A DNA stretch of 64,000 nucleotides from a virus: positions 1-64,000 of the IMG/VR virus record IMGVR_UViG_3300027628_000003; one strand, written 5' to 3'. Positions 33,223 through 40,331 of this stretch are shown here, in pieces (position 1 is the stretch's first letter; each line of letters opens with the position of its first letter). The notes beneath the pieces are model-generated. The model searched no databases. It was not told where the DNA came from and saw nothing but the letters and a program-made list of their open reading frames with translations. A program made the translations under genes and the position numbers.

Positions 33223-33549
33223 TTAGTATGTTGTAGTGTGGTCTAGGAACTCCTCTAGCTCTAGCACCTGTACCTCACCGTTATCATATTTGTATACTAC
33301 GAATGTATAGTTCTCTACTGGTTCAATATCTAGTAGCAGTTCCTGTAGCATACCATAGTGGTTATACGCTAACTCTGTGGACTCTGTAGTTAGCTCTCCT
33401 ACCTTACCTGCTTCTAGCACTCGGATAGCACCAGACTCGATACCTTGATACGCTTCACTAGGGTGGATATTCATACGGTGCCCTACAGATACAGTACCTG
33501 TAAGCGTATACGTTACTCCAGTTTTATTCGGTTGTGTAGTATTAATCAT
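33223..33549 (-). CDS. hypothetical early protein (paralogue of 32842..33147)
   Basis: 108 aa with RBS aggaggaatatatt. First cistron behind the promoter at 33609-33637. Confidence 0.6.
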   Translation of the reverse strand: MINTTQPNKTGVTYTLTGTVSVGHRMNIHPSEAYQGIESGAIRVLEAGKVGELTTESTELAYNHYGMLQELLLDIEPVENYTFVVYKYDNGEVQVLELEEFLDHTTTY

Positions 33550-33608
33550 AATATATTCCTCCTATGTGGTTGTAGTCGGTTGCTGGTGTTCCCCGCCCCC
33601 GTAACAAA

Positions 33609-33637
33609 ATTATCGCACGGAGGGGAGAAAATCTCAA
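33609..33637 (-). promoter_or_regulatory. strong sigma-A-type early promoter P4
   Basis: Minus strand reads caaCGTCC-TTGAGA, 17 nt ending TGc, then GATAAT. Leader ...acggggGCGGGgaac. Confidence 0.65.
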
Positions 33638-33680
33638 GGACGTTGCCTACTGGTAGCCTAGTTACGGGCTGACCCTATAG

Positions 33681-33730
33681 CGTGGGAGTGTTTTATTTGA
33701 AGCGATTTTCTACCTACCCTCCATAGAGAC
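33681..33730 (+). repeat. partial copy of the early-region repeat (palindrome part) inside the minus-strand gene block
   Basis: ttttatttgaagcgaTTTTCTAcctaccctccaTAGAGAC, in the same (plus) orientation as copies 1-4. Confidence 0.55.
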
Positions 33731-33738
33731 GTCTAGGC

Positions 33739-33762
33739 ATAAAAATAGCCCCTATTAGGGGC
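33739..33762 (-). terminator. probable terminator
   Basis: GCCCC-taata-GGGGC followed by TATTTTTAT. Confidence 0.5.
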
Positions 33763-33766
33763 GGTA

Positions 33767-34108
33767 TTAGTCTAGGTTATAGGTACCAGGTCTACAGAAG
33801 TAGTACCATGCTTCATAGTAATAGGATAGGCTATCATGGGTACGAGTCATTAGACCTAAGCCTTTATAGTGAGTTAGGTAGAACTCTACCCATGCCGTAT
33901 GGTAGTGCTCTAGGCACTGTTGTAGGAGTTTAGCACTATCCTTAGTTAGCATACCCTGTACATTAAACTCATCTACAATATTGTTAAGTTCCTCTAGGGG
34001 TATGGGGCAGCTACCCTCTTCACGCTTAACCTCTGCTATACGCTCCCATACAAAGTCTAATACCCAACGCATTACTTCTTCTCTAGTATACATCTCTTTT
34101 TTAGCCAT
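33767..34108 (-). CDS. hypothetical early protein
   Basis: 113 aa with RBS aagggagcggatatag. Confidence 0.6.
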   Translation of the reverse strand: MAKKEMYTREEVMRWVLDFVWERIAEVKREEGSCPIPLEELNNIVDEFNVQGMLTKDSAKLLQQCLEHYHTAWVEFYLTHYKGLGLMTRTHDSLSYYYEAWYYFCRPGTYNLD

Positions 34109-34128
34109 CTATATCCGCTCCCTTAGTA

Positions 34129-34332
34129 TTAATATTCACTGCTATGCTTATAGCCATTACCACGCTGTAGAACAGTGTAGGCACTCTTATCATAAGGGTT
34201 ACTCCCTGTATACCTAGCTAATGCGTAATCAGTGAGTGCCATACGTCTCATAAACCGTCTCATAGCTGACATAGACTCATAGGTCTTATGTCCCTCTATT
34301 TCATCTTGTGAGTACTCTATATTAAGAGGCAT
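34129..34332 (-). CDS. hypothetical early protein
   Basis: 67 aa, 1-nt overlap with the upstream gene. Confidence 0.5.
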   Translation of the reverse strand: MPLNIEYSQDEIEGHKTYESMSAMRRFMRRMALTDYALARYTGSNPYDKSAYTVLQRGNGYKHSSEY

Positions 34333-34643
34333 TAGTTACTCACCACCAGTACATGGTAGAATGTAACGTCTATATAACGTTCTCTAGATACTGACACTGT
34401 GATACCGTGTGTGATAATATCCTGCTCATGAGTGAGTGGTAGGTCATCTAAGGCAGGTATCTCATTCATATGATCAGCATGTGCCCACATAGTAGTAGCA
34501 TGCTCATCTGATATTGAAGCAGGTGCTAGGTACATATCACCCTCTATATTATGCCACTCTGCTTCCTGTATAGTTAGCCTTAGGGCTATTTCTTCCATTA
34601 CCTCAGCAGGTATAAGTGTGTTATTAACAAGTACCTTAGTCAT
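34332..34643 (-). CDS. hypothetical early protein
   Basis: Start moved to the ATG at 34643 (ggggtgcgtaat-ATG, just after the upstream TAA). Confidence 0.55.
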   Translation of the reverse strand: MTKVLVNNTLIPAEVMEEIALRLTIQEAEWHNIEGDMYLAPASISDEHATTMWAHADHMNEIPALDDLPLTHEQDIITHGITVSVSRERYIDVTFYHVLVVSN

Positions 34644-34644
34644 A

Positions 34645-34911
34645 TTACGCACCCCACTTTATGATATGTTTGATAGTACCTGTAGTCTGATTATCTATCT
34701 CAGCTGCATAAACTCCAGTACCAAAGTCTAAGCCTTGGTCTACCTGCTCCTTAACAGTGCTCCAGCCTGTAGCAGTCTTGGTAACCTTATTCCACACCCC
34801 ATCGAAAGTATTAGGGCACTTAGGGTCATCACTATCTACTAGTCTACCCTCTTTATCTACAATCACACTATCACCATCAGTGAATAGTATACAGTAATCT
34901 TGGCTATACAT
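34645..34911 (-). CDS. hypothetical early protein
   Basis: ATG at 34911 after the conserved CTAGATAAAAGGAGTGGTTAAT. Confidence 0.6.
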   Translation of the reverse strand: MYSQDYCILFTDGDSVIVDKEGRLVDSDDPKCPNTFDGVWNKVTKTATGWSTVKEQVDQGLDFGTGVYAAEIDNQTTGTIKHIIKWGA

Positions 34912-34956
34912 ATTAACCACTCCTTTTATCTAGGTAACATACAATGTTCCAGTGCT

Positions 34957-34976
34957 ATAGCCCCCGTAGGGGCTAT
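34957..34976 (-). other. intercistronic stem-loop with UACG tetraloop
   Basis: Minus strand reads ATAGCCCC-TACG-GGGGCTAT with the same conserved flanks. Confidence 0.7.
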
Positions 34977-34987
34977 GCTAGCAACAC

Positions 34988-35791
34988 CTATGCTAATAGT
35001 CCTGCTTCACGTAAAGCCATGATAGTGTACATGCGTAGGATATTTTCGTTATCCCCTTTAGGCTCTCTTACCTCTACATCATTCTCAATAGCCATTGCTA
35101 GTAAGTCCTCTGTAGATAGGTGACCATATTTAGCTTTCTTCTTACCACTAGTCTTCTTAGGGAAGTGGTGGTTACTGATAGCCATGCATGCTCTCATACG
35201 ATTGATACCAGGGTTATCATTAGGCTTCCACTCTAAGCCCTCTATCTCAGCCCACTCACTAATCTGCTCCATAGATAGGCGTTTGTAGAACTTCTTAATA
35301 TCGTCGATAGATTCGAAGTGTCCTACTTCAGGGTACTCAATCTCCTGACCTGCTAGGTCTTCCTTAACCTTAGGAGCTTTAGCCTTAGGCTCTGGCTGTT
35401 TTAGTTTCTTAGCCATAGCTCTCCAGTCAGCTACCTCTTCTTTAGGCTCTTCTTCTACAGGAGCAGGTACTTCCTCTTCAGTATGTACCTCTTCCTCTAC
35501 AGGCTCTTCAATAGGCTCCTCTTCTAGAGCTAATTCCTCCTGCTCTTCCTCTACTACTTCTAGCTTACCGCTCTCTGGAGCGTCTCCTACCATTACTACT
35601 TCTATCTTACCTTCTTCTACTGCTGCTTCTACTAGAGTGTCGTTACCTGCTTCTTCTACTACATCCTCGATAACCTCTACGCCTTCGTACTCACCAGCTA
35701 AGATACCTTTCTTAGTAACTTTTACTCCTAAGATTGCTCCTACTTCCTTAACTGTTGCTACTGTTTCCTCACCGTTTACTAGATATGCCAT
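34988..35791 (-). CDS. early-cassette protein, family A with extra N-terminal domain and poly-acidic linker
   Basis: Start moved to the ATG at 35791 (aaaggagacgataatt-ATG). The C-terminal ~120 aa match 28379..28780 and 29942..30349. The middle is EEEQEELALEEEPIEEPVEEEVHTEEEVPAPVEEEPKEE. Confidence 0.7.
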   Translation of the reverse strand: MAYLVNGEETVATVKEVGAILGVKVTKKGILAGEYEGVEVIEDVVEEAGNDTLVEAAVEEGKIEVVMVGDAPESGKLEVVEEEQEELALEEEPIEEPVEEEVHTEEEVPAPVEEEPKEEVADWRAMAKKLKQPEPKAKAPKVKEDLAGQEIEYPEVGHFESIDDIKKFYKRLSMEQISEWAEIEGLEWKPNDNPGINRMRACMAISNHHFPKKTSGKKKAKYGHLSTEDLLAMAIENDVEVREPKGDNENILRMYTIMALREAGLLA

Positions 35792-35867
35792 AATTATCGT
35801 CTCCTTTATTCTCGAATATTTGTTGAGTGGGACTCCTCTGTGAGGAGTGCCCCGCTCGCTTGAACCA

Positions 35868-35896
35868 ATTATTGCATGGTGAGGTGAGGAAGTCAA
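35868..35896 (-). promoter_or_regulatory. strong sigma-A-type early promoter P5
   Basis: Minus strand reads aaaCGTCC-TTGACT, 17 nt ending TGc, then AATAAT. Leader tggTTCAAGcgaGCGGGGcac. Confidence 0.65.
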
Positions 35897-36035
35897 GGAC
35901 GTTTTGTTACTCTAGCCTACTCTACTTGCTGTCCCTATAAGCTTTTGATGTGCTACCAATGTAACCTACCTAGGACACAAAGAAAAAATAAAAAAGGAAG
36001 AGATGCGGTTTCGCTATCTCTTCCCTAGTTCTTTT

Positions 36036-36076
36036 CCCTTATTGGAAACGATTTTCTACCTAACCCTCATAGAAAC
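36036..36076 (+). repeat. partial copy of the early-region repeat (palindrome part)
   Basis: cttattggaaacgaTTTTCTAcctaaccctcaTAGAAAC, in plus orientation. It abuts the stop of 36078..36332. Confidence 0.55.
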
Positions 36077-36077
36077 C

Positions 36078-36332
36078 CTACTCGTGGGGGTTATGAGGTG
36101 GGGCTACCATGTCTCTAAGGTCAATATAATGTTCTACCTCTGTAGCAGTAGTACCTTCCCCTGTACCAGTCTGTACACACAGAGGACATACAGGATTCTC
36201 TGCCTTATAGTGGGATAGGAACATACCATGTAGGTCACATGGGTGGAGTTTCATACCCTTTGGTAGATACCTTACTACACCTTCCATACCAATCTGGTTA
36301 ATAGACTTCTGTATATCATTAACTGCACTCAT
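36078..36332 (-). CDS. hypothetical protein (Cys-rich)
   Basis: 84 aa with RBS aaggagggataacg. Contains a HPCDLHG...CPLC pattern. Confidence 0.55.
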   Translation of the reverse strand: MSAVNDIQKSINQIGMEGVVRYLPKGMKLHPCDLHGMFLSHYKAENPVCPLCVQTGTGEGTTATEVEHYIDLRDMVAPPHNPHE

Positions 36333-36359
36333 CGTTATCCCTCCTTAATATACTAACAG

Positions 36360-36402
36360 AAATAAAAATAGAGTATGGCTTGTCATTCTTGTACCATACT
36401 CT
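36360..36402 (-). terminator. intrinsic terminator
   Basis: AGAGTATGG-N15-CCATACTCT followed by ATTTTTATTT. Confidence 0.65.
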
Positions 36403-36409
36403 AGTCATA

Positions 36410-36580
36410 CTACTTATATAGATCCATATCCATCTTCTTACCTAGTGGTTGAGGTCTGTCTATCTTAGGGAATATGTCGCCTCTACGTACAGTAGCTACT
36501 ACCTTATCTCCCTGTTTTAGCTGTACCATTTCGTCATCTTTATCATTACCTTCATAGTTCATATACTCTTCATTAGTCAT
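36410..36580 (-). CDS. small ORF (56 aa)
   Basis: AAGGAGGTACTCACAG-ATG. Reads MTNEEYMNYEGNDKDDEMVQLKQGDKVVATVRRGDIFPKIDRPQPLGKKMDMDLYK. A 9-bp terminator hairpin follows. Below the track cutoff. Confidence 0.5.
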   Translation of the reverse strand: MTNEEYMNYEGNDKDDEMVQLKQGDKVVATVRRGDIFPKIDRPQPLGKKMDMDLYK

Positions 36581-36594
36581 CTGTGAGTACCTCC

Positions 36595-37308
36595 TTAGAA
36601 TTGGCTATCTGATACTACTATTGTATCCTTGTCATCTCCATACTGTTCATCTACAGTCTTCTCATATTCCTCTAGCAGTTCTGGTGCATAGTTCTCATAG
36701 TAGCTACGCTCTGCATCTAGTATTGCCTGCTCTAGTTCAGAGTGTTTATCCTCTGGTAAGTATTTCATAACCACTTCTATAATAGCCTGGAACTTAGCTT
36801 GCTCTACTGCTCTCAGCTGGTCTAGACCGTAGCTAGTGAGTGCCCCATGATTACCACCAGTTAATTTATGCTTTAGCTCTATAGCCTTCATAGCATCTTG
36901 TAGTTTAACTGTGGGAGAAGTATATAAACTGTTCATACCGATCTGTATGATACCGTCTAGTACTTCTAGCTCACTCTTAACCATGTGCTTGGTGTTTTGC
37001 AGTGCTATGGTATTAAGTACTATGGGTTTACGCTTTGGCATCCCTATACCGAGCATACGCTCGACTGTAATCTGTTTTGTGATAGCTTCCTGTAGCATCT
37101 CTTTATATTCATATAGCTTTGGGTGAGATATGTTGAAGCCACGTTCCTTACACCAGTCGGATACCTTATGAGGAGATACCCCTGTAAGCAGCATCTCATT
37201 AACCTCTTCCCCATGTTCCCACTTAACTAGTCGCTCTAGCTTATGGTGTCTAGTCTCTAGCATTTCTGTGGATAGCTCTTCAATAGTTAGCTTCTTTCTA
37301 TTCGTCAT
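36595..37308 (-). CDS. hypothetical protein with probable N-terminal helix-turn-helix
   Basis: 237 aa. ...LLTGVSPHKVSDWCKERGFNISHPKLYEY... looks HTH-like. No further assignment. Confidence 0.6.
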   Translation of the reverse strand: MTNRKKLTIEELSTEMLETRHHKLERLVKWEHGEEVNEMLLTGVSPHKVSDWCKERGFNISHPKLYEYKEMLQEAITKQITVERMLGIGMPKRKPIVLNTIALQNTKHMVKSELEVLDGIIQIGMNSLYTSPTVKLQDAMKAIELKHKLTGGNHGALTSYGLDQLRAVEQAKFQAIIEVVMKYLPEDKHSELEQAILDAERSYYENYAPELLEEYEKTVDEQYGDDKDTIVVSDSQF

Positions 37309-37658
37309 AGTAGACTACCTCCAATGTTGTTGGGTGTAGGTATTGGTCTTATACCATACTCTTCTGGTTTAAAATACTGTTGCTTAAGACAGTGTTCACA
37401 CACATATCCTCTATCCTGTATCTCCGCTGTATTGTTGTGTGAGTGTTTGGGTATTAATTTATAACCTGCCGTATTCGTGCATACAATGCACGTAGGGGCA
37501 GTGCCCTGTTGTATACTACTGAATTGTTTATCTATATAATCTCTGTCTGCTCCGTATGATGAGTCAGTACCTATCAGAGGTTTACTGATACTAAAGTTAT
37601 CCTGTGACATAGGGATGTGGCACTCTCCTTTAGTAGTTTTATTGGTGTGCAATGCCAT
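37305..37658 (-). CDS. hypothetical zinc-ribbon protein
   Basis: 117 aa with CIVC...CEHC. The start codon is uncertain because no good RBS precedes 37658. Confidence 0.5.
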   Translation of the reverse strand: MALHTNKTTKGECHIPMSQDNFSISKPLIGTDSSYGADRDYIDKQFSSIQQGTAPTCIVCTNTAGYKLIPKHSHNNTAEIQDRGYVCEHCLKQQYFKPEEYGIRPIPTPNNIGGSLL

Positions 37659-37975
37659 ATCTTGGCTGTGTGTAGGTAGGAATTTGTAAGATAAGAGAAG
37701 TGAGTTGAAGTAGAAAAATTAGGTATAGTGCGCCTATAGGGGGCGGTACAGGTCACCCAAACGGGTGTTTGTGTACTGTATCCCCAGTCATTCATACTAC
37801 TGCTCTTCCCATACCTTAATAGAACTGGGTTCCTATAAATCCTCCCCTATTTCTATGTTCATGTGTCTGTGAGTGAGTATCCTGCTACTCTCAGTAACTC
37901 TTCCTATGCTTTTGTGCATAGTTTCCCACCCACACTATCCTGTCCCAAGTGTCAACTAGGGTACGCTACAGGTAT

Positions 37976-38043
37976 TCCGCTGGATACCTCCATACTCCGC
38001 TAAGCATCCGTATGGCTCCGCTGACACCTCCGCTATGCTCCGT
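37976..38043 (+). repeat. iteron-like array of six (C)TCCG(C)T motifs
   Basis: Motif starts at 37976, 37996, 38007, 38017, 38029 and 38039, giving spacings of 20, 11, 10, 12 and 10 bp. Confidence 0.65.
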
Positions 38044-38150
38044 GTGCATGCTCGGTAGCCCCTGTTGCCAGTTGTGTTGGCTACGTTGTAACCAAGCACC
38101 CCTTTGGGGCACATGCCCTAAATATCGTTGTTACTCAAATGATTCTCATA

Positions 38151-38164
38151 AATCCTATAGGATT
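38151..38164. repeat. perfect 14-bp palindrome
   Basis: AATCCTATAGGATT, in an AT-rich stretch about 110 bp from the iteron-like array. Confidence 0.7.
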
Positions 38165-38234
38165 CATCTCCTTAGTTTATTGATTTAGAAATAGGAGATT
38201 GAGAATTGTAATGAGTCTAACGATATAAAGGCAT

Positions 38235-38269
38235 ACAAAAAAGAGAGTCCTTATATAAAGGAACTCTCT
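38235..38269 (-). terminator. intrinsic terminator ~350 nt downstream of the LamG gene
   Basis: About 11-bp bulged stem AGAGAGT(T)CCTT/AAGGACTCTCT followed by TTTTTTG. Confidence 0.6.
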
Positions 38270-38617
38270 TAGTCGTGTACTAACTATAAAGGAGATGTAC
38301 GCTTGATAGCAAGCTCTCCATTTGTGAAAACCCTAGTAAAACTAAGGTTTTCTAGCTCCGTTCTGGATGCTTGCTATCACAGTAAAGTGTGTGTCAGTGA
38401 GTACTGAACTAAACTTTACTTTTAATAACTGCTTCCTAACTGACGGTTACAGTTATAAACTATAGGCATTTCGATACATAATTCAAATGGTTCAAAGTCA
38501 TACCAAATAAAACGATTCTGGACACCATAACTTTTACACCGAAACACATCTGTGTATGGTTGTCATTTCTATACATAAAGAAAGAGCAAGAATGCTCTAT
38601 GAAGAGTATCCTTGCTC

Positions 38618-39553
38618 TTAGGATTCGTAAGGTGTCCAGTTGCCTGCCATATCTTGACCATAGATATTTATCTTGTTCAAGCCTTCTAATAGTTGGTCAG
38701 AATAGTATAGGTCTGTTGTAATGAGTGTGTTAGCAGACTTGTTAGTACCACTAGCTAACAGTACACCTTGTCCCTGACTCATACCACCAGCTCTAAACTC
38801 ATACTTCTGTACATCCTTATCGAACTTGAATGTAACAGTAGCCTTGTCTACTCCTAGCTTCTTACTAACAGTAGTCCTTGTTATGCTAGTGATAGTCACT
38901 AGTGGTGCAGGGTTAGTGAGTCCTATATCTGATGAAGCATTGTAGTTCTCCGTTACCTGTGTGGGAGTGAGTGCTTTGTTATACATCCTAGCTAGATGTA
39001 TCTTACCATCGAACTGTTGTCCAGCACTTCCACTAAGGAATGAAGCACCGATATACAAATTGTAACTGGTTCTAACAAAGTTACCTACTCCAGATAGAGT
39101 AGTAATCTTGTTACCATTCATGTATACATCTACTACCCCACCACTACTAACTGCTACTAACTGTGTCTTACCTTCAATAAGTATCTCCCCATTATATTGA
39201 ACAGGTCTGGTAATAGCTGCTAAGGCACTAAATGTAGTACCTTGCTTCACCATAGCTAGCATCTCAAACCCAGTACCGAACATAATAGCAGTCATCTTAG
39301 TGATATCCTCTGGTCTCCTAGGACTAATCCATATCTCCATAGTAGATTGACCACTAGATAGGTTGACACCTGTGACTGTTATATACTTTGGTGCTATATT
39401 GACCACGCCATCCCCCTCGACAACTAGGTCACCACCTGTAGGAATCCCATCCATTGTTCCTATTGTAGCAGGAGCGATGTTCTTCCATAAGGTGGGTGTA
39501 CAATCCTTCTGTGCATTCCAGTATCCAATTAACCCATCTGTTATTATGCCCAT
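38618..39553 (-). CDS. structural protein with LamG-like (concanavalin-type) domain and Ig-like C-terminus
   Basis: 311 aa. MGIITDGLIGYWNAQ... through ...HLARMYNKALTPTQVTENYN is the usual phage LamG-jellyroll signature. Sits in a block of Ig-like proteins. Confidence 0.7.
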   Translation of the reverse strand: MGIITDGLIGYWNAQKDCTPTLWKNIAPATIGTMDGIPTGGDLVVEGDGVVNIAPKYITVTGVNLSSGQSTMEIWISPRRPEDITKMTAIMFGTGFEMLAMVKQGTTFSALAAITRPVQYNGEILIEGKTQLVAVSSGGVVDVYMNGNKITTLSGVGNFVRTSYNLYIGASFLSGSAGQQFDGKIHLARMYNKALTPTQVTENYNASSDIGLTNPAPLVTITSITRTTVSKKLGVDKATVTFKFDKDVQKYEFRAGGMSQGQGVLLASGTNKSANTLITTDLYYSDQLLEGLNKINIYGQDMAGNWTPYES

Positions 39554-39560
39554 ATGCTAA

Positions 39561-39875
39561 TCACCAACGTCCTAAGAACTTAGTGTCGAACTGCTTACGC
39601 TTTAAGTTTGGATACCCTCCTGTTTCGCTATACCATTCGTATGTGATCATTTGAGCCTTCTCTGGTAATATAAAGTCGTAATAATATGCACCATCTATTC
39701 TCTGTGTCTTAGGTACATCGAACTCTTCTATTACCTTCTCTGTCTTTATATCCATGATACGGAACTTCACCATATCAGGTTCTATAATCTTGTTATTGTG
39801 GTCTCTAAAGATACACCAGAAACGTTGAGTATTACCTGTCTGATATACCATAGCTCCTTGGTTCTTCTGTAACAT
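39561..39875 (-). CDS. hypothetical protein (structural block)
   Basis: 104 aa, 1-nt gap to the upstream gene and 7-nt gap to the downstream gene. Confidence 0.6.
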   Translation of the reverse strand: MLQKNQGAMVYQTGNTQRFWCIFRDHNNKIIEPDMVKFRIMDIKTEKVIEEFDVPKTQRIDGAYYYDFILPEKAQMITYEWYSETGGYPNLKRKQFDTKFLGRW

Positions 39876-39876
39876 A

Positions 39877-40329
39877 CTACCACTCTCCTTCCTCTATGAT
39901 GACCTTAGGCATCACACCTACTTCCATATCTGCAATTGGTGTCTCCCATATCTCCATTGTGATTAGTGAGAAGTTACCCACTTCTAAGTCTTGTTTATTA
40001 GCTAATGCTGATGTTCTAAGATTGATTACTGATACATATTCCTCTGACATATTGTCCACAACATCCTTTACCGTACAATAGATTCTGCAAGTACCTAGAG
40101 CCATACCGATGAAGTTAGTTCTGTAAGTAATAGTGTCATAGTCTAACGTACCTATAAGAGAATGACGAGTACCAAGACTGTCAACTATGTACAGATCTTG
40201 GTACTCAGACAATTCCTCGTTAGCTTTCACTATAATCTCTGTATTAGCTCCATAGATAGGTTGTCTTGGATGGAAGATTTCAATAGTCGGTGGTGTTGTA
40301 TCTACGGTTATAGTGAAAAAGTTACTCAT
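39877..40329 (-). CDS. Ig-like-domain structural protein (paralogue of 40332..41012)
   Basis: 150 aa. The N-terminus MSNFFTITVDTTPPTIEI parallels MANFFYITVDTVGPANPT of its neighbour. Confidence 0.6.
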   Translation of the reverse strand: MSNFFTITVDTTPPTIEIFHPRQPIYGANTEIIVKANEELSEYQDLYIVDSLGTRHSLIGTLDYDTITYRTNFIGMALGTCRIYCTVKDVVDNMSEEYVSVINLRTSALANKQDLEVGNFSLITMEIWETPIADMEVGVMPKVIIEEGEW

Positions 40330-40331
40330 GA

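Noticed and set aside
36595-37308. Terminase small subunit, suggested by an N-terminal HTH and a suitable size.
   Set aside because: It lies 11.5 kb from the large terminase and in a different transcription unit. The HTH alone is not diagnostic. The gene directly upstream of the large subunit (25110..25499) is the better positional candidate, and even that is unproven.
37949-38188. 79-aa plus-strand ORF in the 37.7-38.6 kb gene desert.
   Set aside because: It has a GTG start without an RBS and lies opposite to all neighbours. Its sequence is just the TCCGCT repeat array read as SAGYLHTPLSIRMAPLTPP. I treat it as non-coding.
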